DNA from: Clostridiales bacterium
GTDB taxonomy: Bacteria > Bacillota > Dehalobacteriia > UBA4068
Direction of reading: 5' to 3'
Assembly (NCBI GenBank): GCA_040767605.1
Contig: JAXGOI010000001.1
Span: forward strand, 726,814-790,813
Length of the DNA stretch: 64,000 nt
Shown here: in pieces, positions 30,334 to 39,501 of the stretch
Numbering within the stretch: the stretch's first letter is position 1
Layout of the letters: each line of letters begins with the position of its first letter
Position numbers and translations under genes: made by a program
The notes under the pieces: model-generated
Databases searched by the model: none
The model's input: only the letters and a program-made list of their open reading frames with translations
Told to the model about the DNA's origin: nothing

Positions 30334-30917
30334 TCCCGGCGAGATTTTTGTCTATTTAATAATTATATCATAGATAATAAAGCCGAACAAATACTTTTTT
30401 ATGACCCGCATTTTTTCGACATTTTGCCGCGCTTTCTTTTTAGTCTTCCGTCTTTAGCAGGTAAATATTAAAACCCTGTTTTATTTGTTTTAGAAGTTTA
30501 TGTCAAAAAACCATGAATATTGTGTAAAAATATACTTAGCCCCTTAACCCCAGTTAAATATAATCTAAGTAAAATGGCGGAACTTTCTGCTCCTAAGGCC
30601 ACTTTATTACAAAAGCTGAGGTAGAGGGGGATATATTCTCCGCTTATGCCAAGATATGTTTTTTTGCGCGGCTTTTATGCTTTTTTTGTCCACAAGGGGG
30701 GCAGGCAATATACACCCTGGTTTATCAGGCCTTTAATCTTGTCAAGAGGATAAATCGTTTTTTTATCAACAACTTATCCACAGTTTTTTATTCGCCTGCC
30801 CTAATAAATATGCAGCCATCTAAAAAAGATCATGCCTAGCAGGGGTTATCTTTTTCTACCGCCTAAAATAGTTCAACTTTAAACCCTTGGCAAAATTAAA
30901 CTCTTAAAGAGTGCAAA

Positions 30918-31262
30918 TTAAAAGCTCTCCTTAGGGGCATCCTCCCAAAGCTTTTCCAGATTGTAATACTCTCTCTCTTCCTCCAAAAAGATATGAACAA
31001 TTACCGAGCCGTAATCCATAAGTATCCAGCGCCCCTCGGAATGGCCCTCAATACGCAGAGCTTTATTATCCAGTTTTTTTGTTTCCTCATCCAAATAATC
31101 GGCCACAGCCTTTGCCTGCCTGCTGTTTGCCGCAGTCATAATTAAAAAATAATCCGCAATTATTGTCAGGCCCCCCAGAGAAAGGGCAATTATATCCCCG
31201 GCCTTTTTCTCTTTAGCCAATTCCACGCATTTTAATAATAAGCTTCCTGTATCCAAATCCAT
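30918..31262 (-). CDS. rsfS: Ribosome silencing factor RsfS (Iojap)
   Basis: 114 aa with Iojap-family sequence (DYFLIMTAANSRQAKAVADYL…WILMDYGSVIVHIF). Confidence 0.9.
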   Translation of the reverse strand: MDLDTGSLLLKCVELAKEKKAGDIIALSLGGLTIIADYFLIMTAANSRQAKAVADYLDEETKKLDNKALRIEGHSEGRWILMDYGSVIVHIFLEEEREYYNLEKLWEDAPKESF

Positions 31263-31285
31263 TCCTCCTTATTTTAAGCAGCTTT

Positions 31286-31870
31286 TTAGTTTTGCTCTTT
31301 TTCAAGCTTTATAAAGTGATTATAAGCCTCCAAAGAAAGGGGGTGCAAGGGAAGATTTTCCCCCTTTAACCAGGTAAAAAGCTCATTTAGGGCAAAAAGC
31401 ATAGCCTTGTTTAAATCCTCTTTCATTAAACGGCGCAATTCTTCGGCCCCTTGCCATTTACGCCCCGGCTCGCAATTATCCGCCAAAAAAATTATTTTTG
31501 TATAGGCAGACATATTAGGGCTCGCTATGGTATGCCCCGCAACAGCCTGTAAAATATCCTTATCGTTTATCCCCCAGCGGGTTTTTAAAATCTCCGCCCC
31601 CACCGGAGCATGGAGAATAATAGGGTTGGCAATTTCTCCGGGGCCCAGAGGAATTGCGGCTTTTTTGGCAATCCTGAAATATTCCTCAATGGACATTTCC
31701 CGGGCCACATCATGTAATATTCCGGCAGCCCCCGCCTTAAAAGGGTCCAGCCCCCAATGCTTGCTCATTTCCTGAGCCAGCCGAGCCACCCTTTGGCTAT
31801 GGGCAAGGCGGGGCGGGCTGATGATTTCTTTTAGGCGGTTTTCCCAAATCAGGAGTTGTTCTTCAGTCAT
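31286..31870 (-). CDS. yqeK: HD-domain hydrolase YqeK (nadD-associated)
   Basis: HD motif (GILHDVARE). Conserved position downstream of nadD. Confidence 0.85.
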   Translation of the reverse strand: MTEEQLLIWENRLKEIISPPRLAHSQRVARLAQEMSKHWGLDPFKAGAAGILHDVAREMSIEEYFRIAKKAAIPLGPGEIANPIILHAPVGAEILKTRWGINDKDILQAVAGHTIASPNMSAYTKIIFLADNCEPGRKWQGAEELRRLMKEDLNKAMLFALNELFTWLKGENLPLHPLSLEAYNHFIKLEKEQN

Positions 31871-31874
31871 ATTA

Positions 31875-32492
31875 TTATCCCTTATTTAAATATAATCCGT
31901 TTTTATGAATATAAATCTCCACCGTTTCCGGTAAAAGGTAGCTGATCGGCCTGCCAGTGGCAACTCTGTTTCTGATATCTGTGGAGGATATGGCAAGAGC
32001 CGGGATTTTTATAAAATTAATTTTAGAAACGAAATTAGGCGGCAGCTTATAGGCCTCATCTAAATCAAAGCCCGGGCGTGTCGCTGCGATAAAGCTGCAA
32101 TTAGACATTAAATCCTCAACATCCTTCCAATTAAGGATATCTAAAACAGCATCCGCTCCGCTGATAAAAAAAATATCGCAATTTCCCTTATATTTTTCCT
32201 GAAAAGCTCTGACGGTATCCTTGGTATAAGAATAGCCTTCCCGTTCAATTTCTATATCAGAAACCCGAAAATTCTTATTGGTAATGGTGGCTAAAACACA
32301 CATCATATACCTTCTCCCCGGCTCCGAAACGGGGCAGCCCTTTTTATGGGGAGGGGTTCCCGAAGGGACAAAAACAACTTCATCCAGGCCATATTCATAT
32401 TGCGCCGCGGCTGCTGTAACTAAATGGCCGTAATGGATAGGGTCAAAAGTTCCTCCCATTATTCCTATACGGGGCCGTTTTTCTGCTTCCAT
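31875..32492 (-). CDS. nadD: Nicotinate-nucleotide adenylyltransferase
   Basis: GIMGGTFDPIHYGHL motif. Confidence 0.9.
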   Translation of the reverse strand: MEAEKRPRIGIMGGTFDPIHYGHLVTAAAAQYEYGLDEVVFVPSGTPPHKKGCPVSEPGRRYMMCVLATITNKNFRVSDIEIEREGYSYTKDTVRAFQEKYKGNCDIFFISGADAVLDILNWKDVEDLMSNCSFIAATRPGFDLDEAYKLPPNFVSKINFIKIPALAISSTDIRNRVATGRPISYLLPETVEIYIHKNGLYLNKG

Positions 32493-32552
32493 AGGTATAT
32501 CCCTCCCTGTTTTAGCTTAAAAAATCGGCTGAAAAATATTTTATTTAAGGAG

Positions 32553-33824
32553 CTATTCCAGATATTCAAATTCCTCCGGGCCTATTCTTACGGTATCTCC
32601 GGGTTTAATTCCGGCCTCTCTAAGCTTTTCCTCAAGGCCCATTTTAGTAAATATTCTCTGAATACGCCGCAAGGCGTCCTCACTGTTTAAATCGGTCATA
32701 ACCACCAGCTTTTCTATTTCGGCGCCTCCCACAATCCAAACGCCGCCGGAATCCCTCTCAAGGGTAAAGCGCTCTTCCTCCCGGACAACAGTCCGGCGGA
32801 TTTGGGCCTTCTCCTCCTCTATTTCCTGCTCCGGTAAGGCCAAAAGCATATTATGAGCCTCCCAAAGCAGCTCTTTTATGCCTTCCCCCGTTAGAGAGGA
32901 AATTGGGAATAGGGAATACTGCCCCTGTAATTTTTCTTTAAAGATTTCCATTTGCTTTAGCGCGCCGGGCATATCCATTTTTGTGGCAACAACTATTTGA
33001 GGGCGGCGGCTTAAGGATTTTTTATAAAGCTCAAGCTCCCGATTAATCATAATAAAATCCTCATAAGGGTCGCCGTTTTCTTTAGGGGTCATATCCACCA
33101 AGTGGAGGATTATTTTATTCCTTTCAACATGGCGCAAAAAGCGATGCCCCAAGCCGATACCCTGGGAAGCTCCCTCCACCAGCCCGGGTAAATCCGCCAG
33201 GACAAAGCTTTCCCCTTCCCCTAAATCCACAACCCCTAAATTGGGGGAAAGGGTTGTAAAGGGGTAATCCGCAATTTTGGGCCGGGCCGCCGAAACCTTG
33301 GCAATAAAAGTAGATTTTCCCGCATTGGGTAAACCAATCAGGCCGATATCCGCTATAACCTTTAATTCTAAAATCAGGGTTTTTTCTTCCCCCGGCTCCC
33401 CTTTTTCCGCAATTTTGGGGGCCTTTTGCCGGGCATTGGCAAAGCGGGCATTCCCCCGCCCGCCCCGGCCGCCATAGGCGGCAATAAACTCCTGACCCTC
33501 CCGGACAATATCCGCAAGAACCCGCCCCTCTTCATCCTTAATTAAAGTGCCCAGGGGTAATCTTAAACGCAGGCCTCGGGCATTAGCGCCGTGCATGGTT
33601 TTACCCTGGCCATGAACACCTCTATCCGCCTTATAATGCTGTTTATACTTAAAATCTAAAAGGGTTTTAAGGCCGGAATCCCCCACAAAAACAATATCCC
33701 CGCCTTTGCCGCCATCTCCGCCGGCGGGGCCCCCCAGGGGGACATATTTCTCCCTGCGGAAAGCCACAATTCCATTGCCGCCATCCCCCGCCTTAAGATA
33801 AATTTTTGCATAATCGTAAAACAT
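32553..33824 (-). CDS. obg: GTPase Obg/CgtA
   Basis: Obg-fold Gly-rich N-domain (GGNGIVAF, GGDGGKGG), a G-domain (GLPNAGKST) and a C-terminal OCT domain. Confidence 0.95.
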   Translation of the reverse strand: MFYDYAKIYLKAGDGGNGIVAFRREKYVPLGGPAGGDGGKGGDIVFVGDSGLKTLLDFKYKQHYKADRGVHGQGKTMHGANARGLRLRLPLGTLIKDEEGRVLADIVREGQEFIAAYGGRGGRGNARFANARQKAPKIAEKGEPGEEKTLILELKVIADIGLIGLPNAGKSTFIAKVSAARPKIADYPFTTLSPNLGVVDLGEGESFVLADLPGLVEGASQGIGLGHRFLRHVERNKIILHLVDMTPKENGDPYEDFIMINRELELYKKSLSRRPQIVVATKMDMPGALKQMEIFKEKLQGQYSLFPISSLTGEGIKELLWEAHNMLLALPEQEIEEEKAQIRRTVVREEERFTLERDSGGVWIVGGAEIEKLVVMTDLNSEDALRRIQRIFTKMGLEEKLREAGIKPGDTVRIGPEEFEYLE

Positions 33825-33899
33825 ATTTTCCTCAATTTCTTTATTTTTAGTAATTCCCGAATTTTCGAATTCTTATTTTATAACTCAAAATTTAATTAA

Positions 33900-33934
33900 T
33901 TTAATCTTAGCTTATGACGCGGTACAAGTCAATA
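33900..33934 (-). promoter_or_regulatory. Sigma-70-type promoter for obg
   Basis: Minus-strand TTGACT-17 nt-TAAGAT, about 80 nt upstream of the obg ATG. Confidence 0.45.
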
Positions 33935-33984
33935 AACAGCGGGGCAGCCAATTAATCTAATCCCCCTGCACGGGTTTTTAGTAT

Positions 33985-34019
33985 TTTTTAAAAAAGCCCG
34001 CCCCCGAGGGAGCAGGCTT
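33985..34019 (-). terminator. Rho-independent terminator after rpmA
   Basis: Minus-strand AGCCTGC-tccctcggg-GCGGGCT hairpin followed by TTTTTT. Confidence 0.6.
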
Positions 34020-34032
34020 AAAAACTATGGAA

Positions 34033-34299
34033 TTAAACAGCTGCGGATTCAGCATAAACGCTGACTTGCTTTTTATCCCGGTTTTTTCTTTCAAAACGCA
34101 CCTTGCCGTCTACGGTAGCAAAAAGGGTATCATCCTTGCCGATACCGACATTTTTGCCGGGATGGAATTTGGTGCCTCTTTGGCGCACTATGATGCTGCC
34201 TGCCGTAACAAACTGGCCATCAGAGCGCTTAAGACCCAATCGCTGAGCATTACTGTCACGACCATTGCGTGAACTGCCCCCTGCCTTCTTATGAGCCAT
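34033..34299 (-). CDS. rpmA: Ribosomal protein L27 (no N-terminal propeptide)
   Basis: Start is the ATG at 34299 ([16 protein letters not shown]), with a GGAGGTG RBS 6 nt upstream. The track start is a GTG 9 nt further upstream. Confidence 0.9.
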   Translation of the reverse strand: MAHKKAGGSSRNGRDSNAQRLGLKRSDGQFVTAGSIIVRQRGTKFHPGKNVGIGKDDTLFATVDGKVRFERKNRDKKQVSVYAESAAV

Positions 34300-34343
34300 A
34301 TATCCCACCTCCCCATTGTGGTAGTAATAAACTTTTTAAAATA

Positions 34344-34655
34344 CTAAGCCATAATCTTCTCAACCTGAATTTTTGTAAAAGGCTGACGATGGCCATTTTT
34401 AACTCTTTGATTTTTTTTGGGCTTATAACGGAAAACAACTACTTTTTTGCCTTTGCCGTGGCTAAGAACTTTACAGAATACCTTGGCTCCTTCTAAATAA
34501 GGCTTGCCGAATTCCAGCTTGCCTTCTTTTTCCACCGCTATAACCTTATTAATTTCCATTTCGGAGGCTTCCTCGGCTTTTAAAAGCTCTACCCGAAGAA
34601 TATCCCCCTCGGCAACTTTATATTGTTTGCCCCCGGTTTCAATAATTGCGTACAT
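34344..34655 (-). CDS. rplU: Ribosomal protein L21
   Basis: [18 protein letters not shown]… 103 aa. Confidence 0.95.
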   Translation of the reverse strand: MYAIIETGGKQYKVAEGDILRVELLKAEEASEMEINKVIAVEKEGKLEFGKPYLEGAKVFCKVLSHGKGKKVVVFRYKPKKNQRVKNGHRQPFTKIQVEKIMA

Positions 34656-34780
34656 TGTTGCACCCCCCCACTATTTAAGACTCGCCCGAGCCGGTGGCAT
34701 TCAGCACTTAAAACCGGTACAGTGCGGTAACACGCAACATAACAGATTAATATTAGCATAAGCCTTTTGCTTTGTCAATG
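34656..34780 (-). promoter_or_regulatory. rplU promoter (TTGACA-17-TAATAT) and structured 5' leader (candidate L21-leader autoregulatory element)
   Basis: Minus strand: -35 TTGACA (rc at 34773-34778), a 17-nt spacer, -10 TAATAT (rc at 34750-34755). A leader of about 90 nt with GC-rich hairpins (GTGTTACCGCAC, ACCGG…CCGGCTCGGGCGAGTC) precedes the RBS. Confidence 0.4.
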
Positions 34781-34909
34781 GATTTTATTTTAGCCCTTTT
34801 AAAACATAAAAAACAAAAGCAACCCGTTTTATAGGGTAAAATATTTATTTTTTTATATTTTTGCCTCTCAAATTAATTAGCTCTTCAGCTCCGTTTACCC
34901 GGTTTTTAT

Positions 34910-36610
34910 TTAATCCAGCGGCCTTAGGGTAAAGCTTTCCGGGGGAAGGCCCAAAACGCCTTCAATTACAATTTTTTTGGCCCATTTTTCTTCCAAGGCC
35001 GCCAGCTGCCGGCCATAGAAGGATTCTAAATAAGCGGCGGTTTCCTTAGGCACCTGTATTAAAATGGTCTCCCCTTGGGTATTTTGAGCCTCTTGAGGGA
35101 AGGCCAGCTTAATCTGATGAGCCACAGTAGCCTCGGAAAAAACCCGCCCTTTGCCGCTGCAATAGGGGCATTCCTTCTCCATTACATAAGAAAGCTCATG
35201 GCCTAGTTTTTTTCTGGTCATTTCCACAAGGCCTAATTGAGTCATCCCTAAAACAGTAACCCGAGTGCGGTCTTTTTTTAACTCTTCTTCCAAATAGGCT
35301 AAAAGCTCCGCCCTTTTTAAGGGGGAATCCATATCGATAAAATCTACAATAATTATGCCGCCGGTATTTCGCAAGCGCAATTGGCGGGAAATCTCCTTAA
35401 CGGCCTCCATATTTGTTTTAGAAACAGTATCCGCCAGATTTGTTTCCCCTACATATTTGCCTGTATTTACATCAATAATTGTAAGGGCCTCGGTTTGGTC
35501 AAAAACAATATAACCCCCGCTTTTAAGCCAAACCCTTCTTTGCAGAGCCTCTTTAAGCTGCCCGTAAATATTATATTTTTCAAAAATATCCTCTTCTTTT
35601 ATAAAAACCCTTTCTTCAAGGGTAAAAAAATCCTCGCTTATTATTTCCTCCAGCTTTTCCCGGGTTTCCGGGCTGTTTACAATCAGGCGGTTTATATTTT
35701 CATAATCGCTGTCTCTAATAACTCTTTGCAGCATATCCAAATCCCGATGGATTAAAGAGGCGGCCGGGCTTTTGGCCGCTTTACCCTGAATTCTGCGCCA
35801 CTGTTTAATTAAGGCTTTTAAATCCGCCCCCAATTCGTCCCGCCCCACTCCATTGGCAACTGTACGGATTATTACCCCCATTTCAGGAGGCAATAATTGC
35901 GAGACTAAATCCTTAAGGCGCTGGCATTCTCCGCTGTCTTCAATCCGGCGGGAAACGGCAATATATTTATTCATAGGCATAAGCACCAAATAGCGGCCGG
36001 GCAGGGTAATATTTGTTGTAACCCTGGCCCCTTTAGAGCCTACGGGCTCTTTGCAGATTTGTACCATTATTTGCTGCCTTTTTTTTAAAAGCTGGCTTAT
36101 GGTTTTTTCTTCTTTTCTGCCGCTGTTTTGCCTTATTTCATTATTTTCTTTTATTTCCCTATCTTCTTCTGGGGCATCGTTATTATCGCAAAAGTATTCG
36201 TTTTGGCTATTATAGGTTTTTGGTTTGGCATCCTCAACATATAAAAAGCTGTTTTTGTTTAAGCCGATATTAACAAAGGCGGCCTGCATTCCCGGGAGGA
36301 TATTTTCTACCTGCCCCATATAAATATTCCCTAAAAGCCTTTGGCGGGTAAGGCGCTCTAAATATATTTCTACCAGTTTGCCGTTTTCCAAAAGGGCTAT
36401 GGCGGTTTCATCATCCTCAATTTTAATGAGCATTTCTTTATTTATAGCGTCTTTATTAGCCGTGCCATTATTCTCTATTGGATTATTCTCTATTGGATTA
36501 TTCTCTATTGAATTATTCTCTATTGAATTATTCCCTATTGAATTATTCCCTATTGGATTATTGTTTATTTCATTATCCGGCCCTTGATTACCCGGTATTA
36601 GATTATTCAT
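34910..36610 (-). CDS. rng: Ribonuclease G/E family endoribonuclease with Asn-rich N-terminal repeat extension
   Basis: S1 domain plus an RNase E/G catalytic core (LIKIEDDETAIALLENGKLVEIYLE…GNIYMGQVENILPGMQAAFVNIG). ATG at 36610, with an AGGGAAGGG RBS 6 nt upstream. The N-terminal 60 aa are NNxIE/NNSIG repeats. An internal Clostridia-like insertion (…CDNNDAPEEDREIKENNEIRQNSGRKEEK…) is present. Confidence 0.85.
   Translation of the reverse strand: MNNLIPGNQGPDNEINNNPIGNNSIGNNSIENNSIENNPIENNPIENNGTANKDAINKEMLIKIEDDETAIALLENGKLVEIYLERLTRQRLLGNIYMGQVENILPGMQAAFVNIGLNKNSFLYVEDAKPKTYNSQNEYFCDNNDAPEEDREIKENNEIRQNSGRKEEKTISQLLKKRQQIMVQICKEPVGSKGARVTTNITLPGRYLVLMPMNKYIAVSRRIEDSGECQRLKDLVSQLLPPEMGVIIRTVANGVGRDELGADLKALIKQWRRIQGKAAKSPAASLIHRDLDMLQRVIRDSDYENINRLIVNSPETREKLEEIISEDFFTLEERVFIKEEDIFEKYNIYGQLKEALQRRVWLKSGGYIVFDQTEALTIIDVNTGKYVGETNLADTVSKTNMEAVKEISRQLRLRNTGGIIIVDFIDMDSPLKRAELLAYLEEELKKDRTRVTVLGMTQLGLVEMTRKKLGHELSYVMEKECPYCSGKGRVFSEATVAHQIKLAFPQEAQNTQGETILIQVPKETAAYLESFYGRQLAALEEKWAKKIVIEGVLGLPPESFTLRPLD
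36468..36572 (-). repeat. 15-bp tandem repeat (about 6 perfect or near-perfect copies plus 1 degenerate) inside the 5' end of rng
   Basis: Plus strand: ATTATTCTCTATTGG/A repeated 4 times, ATTATTCCCTATTGA/G twice, then a degenerate copy. In-frame, it encodes (N-N-P/S-I-E/G)n. Confidence 0.9.
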
Positions 36611-36646
36611 AAATTACCCTTCCCTATTTGGCTTTTTGCCGATTCC

Positions 36647-37414
36647 TCATACCTCTTTAATCTCCTGGCAAAACAATTCCGTACGCAAAATCTCCTCAAC
36701 TTTACCCCCGGCAAAAAAGCTGACTATACTTTCTGCCAGCTCCTTTGGCTTAGGGCTGCCCTTAGAACCTAATTTGCAAAGGGCAAAAACCTTATTTCCC
36801 TCAGCCCTAAGGCTTAAGATTCCCCGGCGTATATCCACCATTTTATCCCCTTTGGGGGAAAGCCGCAATACCTCAAACTCTTCTTTGGCCAAAAGCTTAT
36901 GGCAGGCCTCCGCCAGTTCCTCCTCTTTTAGGCCGGTAAAACTGATTTTATATTTAGCCCTGTTAAGGCTTGCCATTAAAGAAGGTACGGAAAGCTCTAT
37001 CTCCTTTGCCTCTTCTATTTTTAGGCCCCGGGGCATAAGGCTGTTCAGCTCCTTTTCCCACCCCGGGGATAGCTTTGCTTTAAAATCAACATCAAAATAT
37101 TCGCCCAGGCTGGCAAGGCCAACGGGATGGGCAGGCCCCCAGGATATAAGCAAATGGGGGTTAAAGCCCTCGGAATAGCGTAAAGGTAATTTCCCCCTTC
37201 TTAGAGCCCTTTCCACACTGCGGAGTAAATCCAAATGGGAAAGCCAGGCACAATCCCCTAAAATACTCAGCCTAACCCTCCACCTGAAAACTTGGGGCAA
37301 AATATCTTCTTGGGCTTTATTTTCCGGGTTTATTTGTTTTAAGCCTCCAGGCTTTTCCCTATCCTCCAATAGGGGCAGGGTGTCCCCCCCTATGGGGCAA
37401 AATTCTTTATCCAT
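36647..37414 (-). CDS. Radical-SAM-associated protein, DUF2344 / TIGR03936-like
   Basis: 255 aa. It overlaps the 3' end of the upstream radical SAM gene by 8 nt. Conserved motifs FNPHLLISWG…LGEYFDVDF are typical of the partner protein of the TIGR03960 radical SAM family. Confidence 0.6.
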   Translation of the reverse strand: MDKEFCPIGGDTLPLLEDREKPGGLKQINPENKAQEDILPQVFRWRVRLSILGDCAWLSHLDLLRSVERALRRGKLPLRYSEGFNPHLLISWGPAHPVGLASLGEYFDVDFKAKLSPGWEKELNSLMPRGLKIEEAKEIELSVPSLMASLNRAKYKISFTGLKEEELAEACHKLLAKEEFEVLRLSPKGDKMVDIRRGILSLRAEGNKVFALCKLGSKGSPKPKELAESIVSFFAGGKVEEILRTELFCQEIKEV

Positions 37415-39305
37415 ATAAATTACCTTTACCCTCTCCCTGCCAGGGGCCTTGGAGAATATTCTCGCAGGCCGTATTTTGGCAAACGCCGCAGCCGCTGCAA
37501 TCTCCTCCCCGGCAATCCGGGGTTATAAGGGCAGCCTCGGCCTTTTCCTTCTCCTGCCAAAGCCAGGCCTTATCCACCCCGCAGGATATATGCTCCCAGG
37601 GCAGTATTTCGCCATAAGAATATTGGCGGTTGGCAAATTCCTCTATGGTAAAACCCGCCTCGGTAAAGGCCTCCTGCCATAAATCAAAGCGAAAATGCTC
37701 CCTCCAGCCGTCAAAACGGCAGCCCTTTTTCCAGGCATTTTCTAAAACCTTACCTAAAGGCCTGCCGCCTCTGGCAAAGGCCGCCTCTAAAAAGCTCTCA
37801 TTAACATTATGCATACTGAGGGAAACAGCCTTTAAAGGGCGGATTTCCGCCTTTAAAAGAGCCTGACGTCGGAGAAGTTCATCTTTATTTACCTGCCCAT
37901 ACCACTGGAAAGCAGTATGGGGCTTAGGGATAAAAGAGGCAACCCCTAAAGATATTGCCAAGGGTCTTCCTTTACCCGGGGGGCGGTTTTCTTTAAAACA
38001 GCGGATTATCCCCCGGCAAATTTGGGCAATCCCTAAAATATCCTCATCAGTTTCCCCGGGGAGGCCCAGCATAAAATATAGCTTAACCTTGCTCCAGCCC
38101 TCCCGGAAGGCGGCGGCCGCCGCCTGAAAAATCTCTTCTTCGTTAATCCCTTTATTAATGCTGTCCCTCATTCTCTGGGTGCCGGCCTCCGGGGCAAAGG
38201 TTAGGCCGCTTTTTCTTACCTGCTGCACCTGATCGGCCAAAGCGACGGAAAAGGCATCCACTCTTAAAGAGGGGAGGGAGATTCCTATGCAATCCGGGGC
38301 ATGTTCCTCTATAAGCCGGCTTGCCAAGGCCTCGATTTGAGTATAATCGGCGGAAGATAAAGAAACCAAGCCGATTTCATCATAGCCTGTGGCATCTAAT
38401 TGAGCTTTAGCCTGCTCCAATAATTTTTGCAGGCCTTTTTCTCTTATTGGGCGATAAATAATCCCCGCCTGGCAAAAACGGCAGCCCCGGCAGCAGCCCC
38501 GCATTATTTCCAACATAAGCCTGTCATGAACAATTTTTGTATTAGGCAGCAGCCCCTTTATAGGGAAGGGGGCATTATCAAAATCAGTAATAATTCTCTT
38601 CTCTACAATGGCGGGGGCTCCCCCTTGAGGGGAAATTTCCAGTATGGCGCCGTCTTTTCCGTAGCTAATATTATATAAAGAGGGTATATAAATCCCTTTT
38701 ATGGCGGCGGCCTGAGCTAAAACATCCTCCTTTTGCCCATCGGCGGCTTTAACCCTTTCCACCAGGGCCATAAGCTCAACTAAAACCTCTTCCCCCTCGC
38801 CTATTACAAAAAGGTCAATAAAATCCGCCAAGGGCTCCGGGTTAAAGGCAACGGGGCCGCCGGCTATTACCAAGGGCCAGCCCCGGCGCTTATTACTTTG
38901 GAGGGGCAAACCGCTTAAATCCAGCATATTTAAGACATTAGAAAAACTCAGCTCGTACTGAAGGGTAAAGCCGACAATATCAAAATCCTTAATAAAATGC
39001 TTGCTCTCCCAAGAGAAAAGAGGCAGGCCCTTTTCCCTCATTATAGCCTCCATATCGGCCAGAGGGGCAAAGGAACGCTCCATTAAAAAGCCCTCTTCCC
39101 TGTTTACCGCCCCATAAAGAATCCGCAAACCTAAATGAGACATACCGATTTCATAGGTATCAGGGAAGAGAAAGGCCATTTTCACCTTGGTTTTTTGCCA
39201 ATTTTTTAAAATGCTGTTATATTCCCCGCCAATATATTGGGCGGGCCTCTCCACCAGAGGGAGAATTTCCTGCTCCAGGATAATATCCGCTTTTATTTTA
39301 GCCAC
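37407..39305 (-). CDS. Radical SAM protein with N-terminal B12-binding-like domain (TIGR03960-like, function unknown)
   Basis: 632 aa. CxxxCxxC cluster (RGCCRGCRFCQAG). N-terminal Rossmann-like domain. C-terminal Cys-rich tail (DCRGGDCSGCGVCQNTACEN). GTG start with an AAGGAAG RBS. Confidence 0.7.
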   Translation of the reverse strand: MAKIKADIILEQEILPLVERPAQYIGGEYNSILKNWQKTKVKMAFLFPDTYEIGMSHLGLRILYGAVNREEGFLMERSFAPLADMEAIMREKGLPLFSWESKHFIKDFDIVGFTLQYELSFSNVLNMLDLSGLPLQSNKRRGWPLVIAGGPVAFNPEPLADFIDLFVIGEGEEVLVELMALVERVKAADGQKEDVLAQAAAIKGIYIPSLYNISYGKDGAILEISPQGGAPAIVEKRIITDFDNAPFPIKGLLPNTKIVHDRLMLEIMRGCCRGCRFCQAGIIYRPIREKGLQKLLEQAKAQLDATGYDEIGLVSLSSADYTQIEALASRLIEEHAPDCIGISLPSLRVDAFSVALADQVQQVRKSGLTFAPEAGTQRMRDSINKGINEEEIFQAAAAAFREGWSKVKLYFMLGLPGETDEDILGIAQICRGIIRCFKENRPPGKGRPLAISLGVASFIPKPHTAFQWYGQVNKDELLRRQALLKAEIRPLKAVSLSMHNVNESFLEAAFARGGRPLGKVLENAWKKGCRFDGWREHFRFDLWQEAFTEAGFTIEEFANRQYSYGEILPWEHISCGVDKAWLWQEKEKAEAALITPDCRGGDCSGCGVCQNTACENILQGPWQGEGKGNLYG

Positions 39306-39440
39306 TTCCTTAATTGGATTAATGCCTATAATTTATAGTATACCTGTTTTTCGCACTTTTTTGCTTTTTTTGATATTTCCACATTTACTCCCCTAAACCC
39401 TGCAAAAAATAAAGAAGCCCAAAAAGCTCCTTAAAATTAT

Positions 39441-39472
39441 AAAAACCGGCAGGGCTTTTAACTGCCGGTTTT
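39441..39472. terminator. Bidirectional hairpin terminator (after the M23 gene)
   Basis: AAAACCGGCAG-ggctttta-CTGCCGGTTTTT. Confidence 0.6.
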
Positions 39473-39501
39473 TATTCTGGTTTATTTTAATCCCTTTTAC
39501 A

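Noticed and set aside
36468-36572. Possible CRISPR array or minisatellite at the tandem repeats (also 49466-49525)
   Set aside because: The units are directly abutting 15-mers without spacers. They are in-frame inside well-supported CDSs, and no cas genes are present. They are coding tandem repeats, not CRISPR.
36378-36587. Plus-strand 69-aa ORF (…LFSIGLFSIGLFSIELFSIELFPIELF…)
   Set aside because: It is the reverse-strand reading of the 15-bp tandem repeat inside rng. It has no RBS, and its periodic sequence is explained by the repeat.
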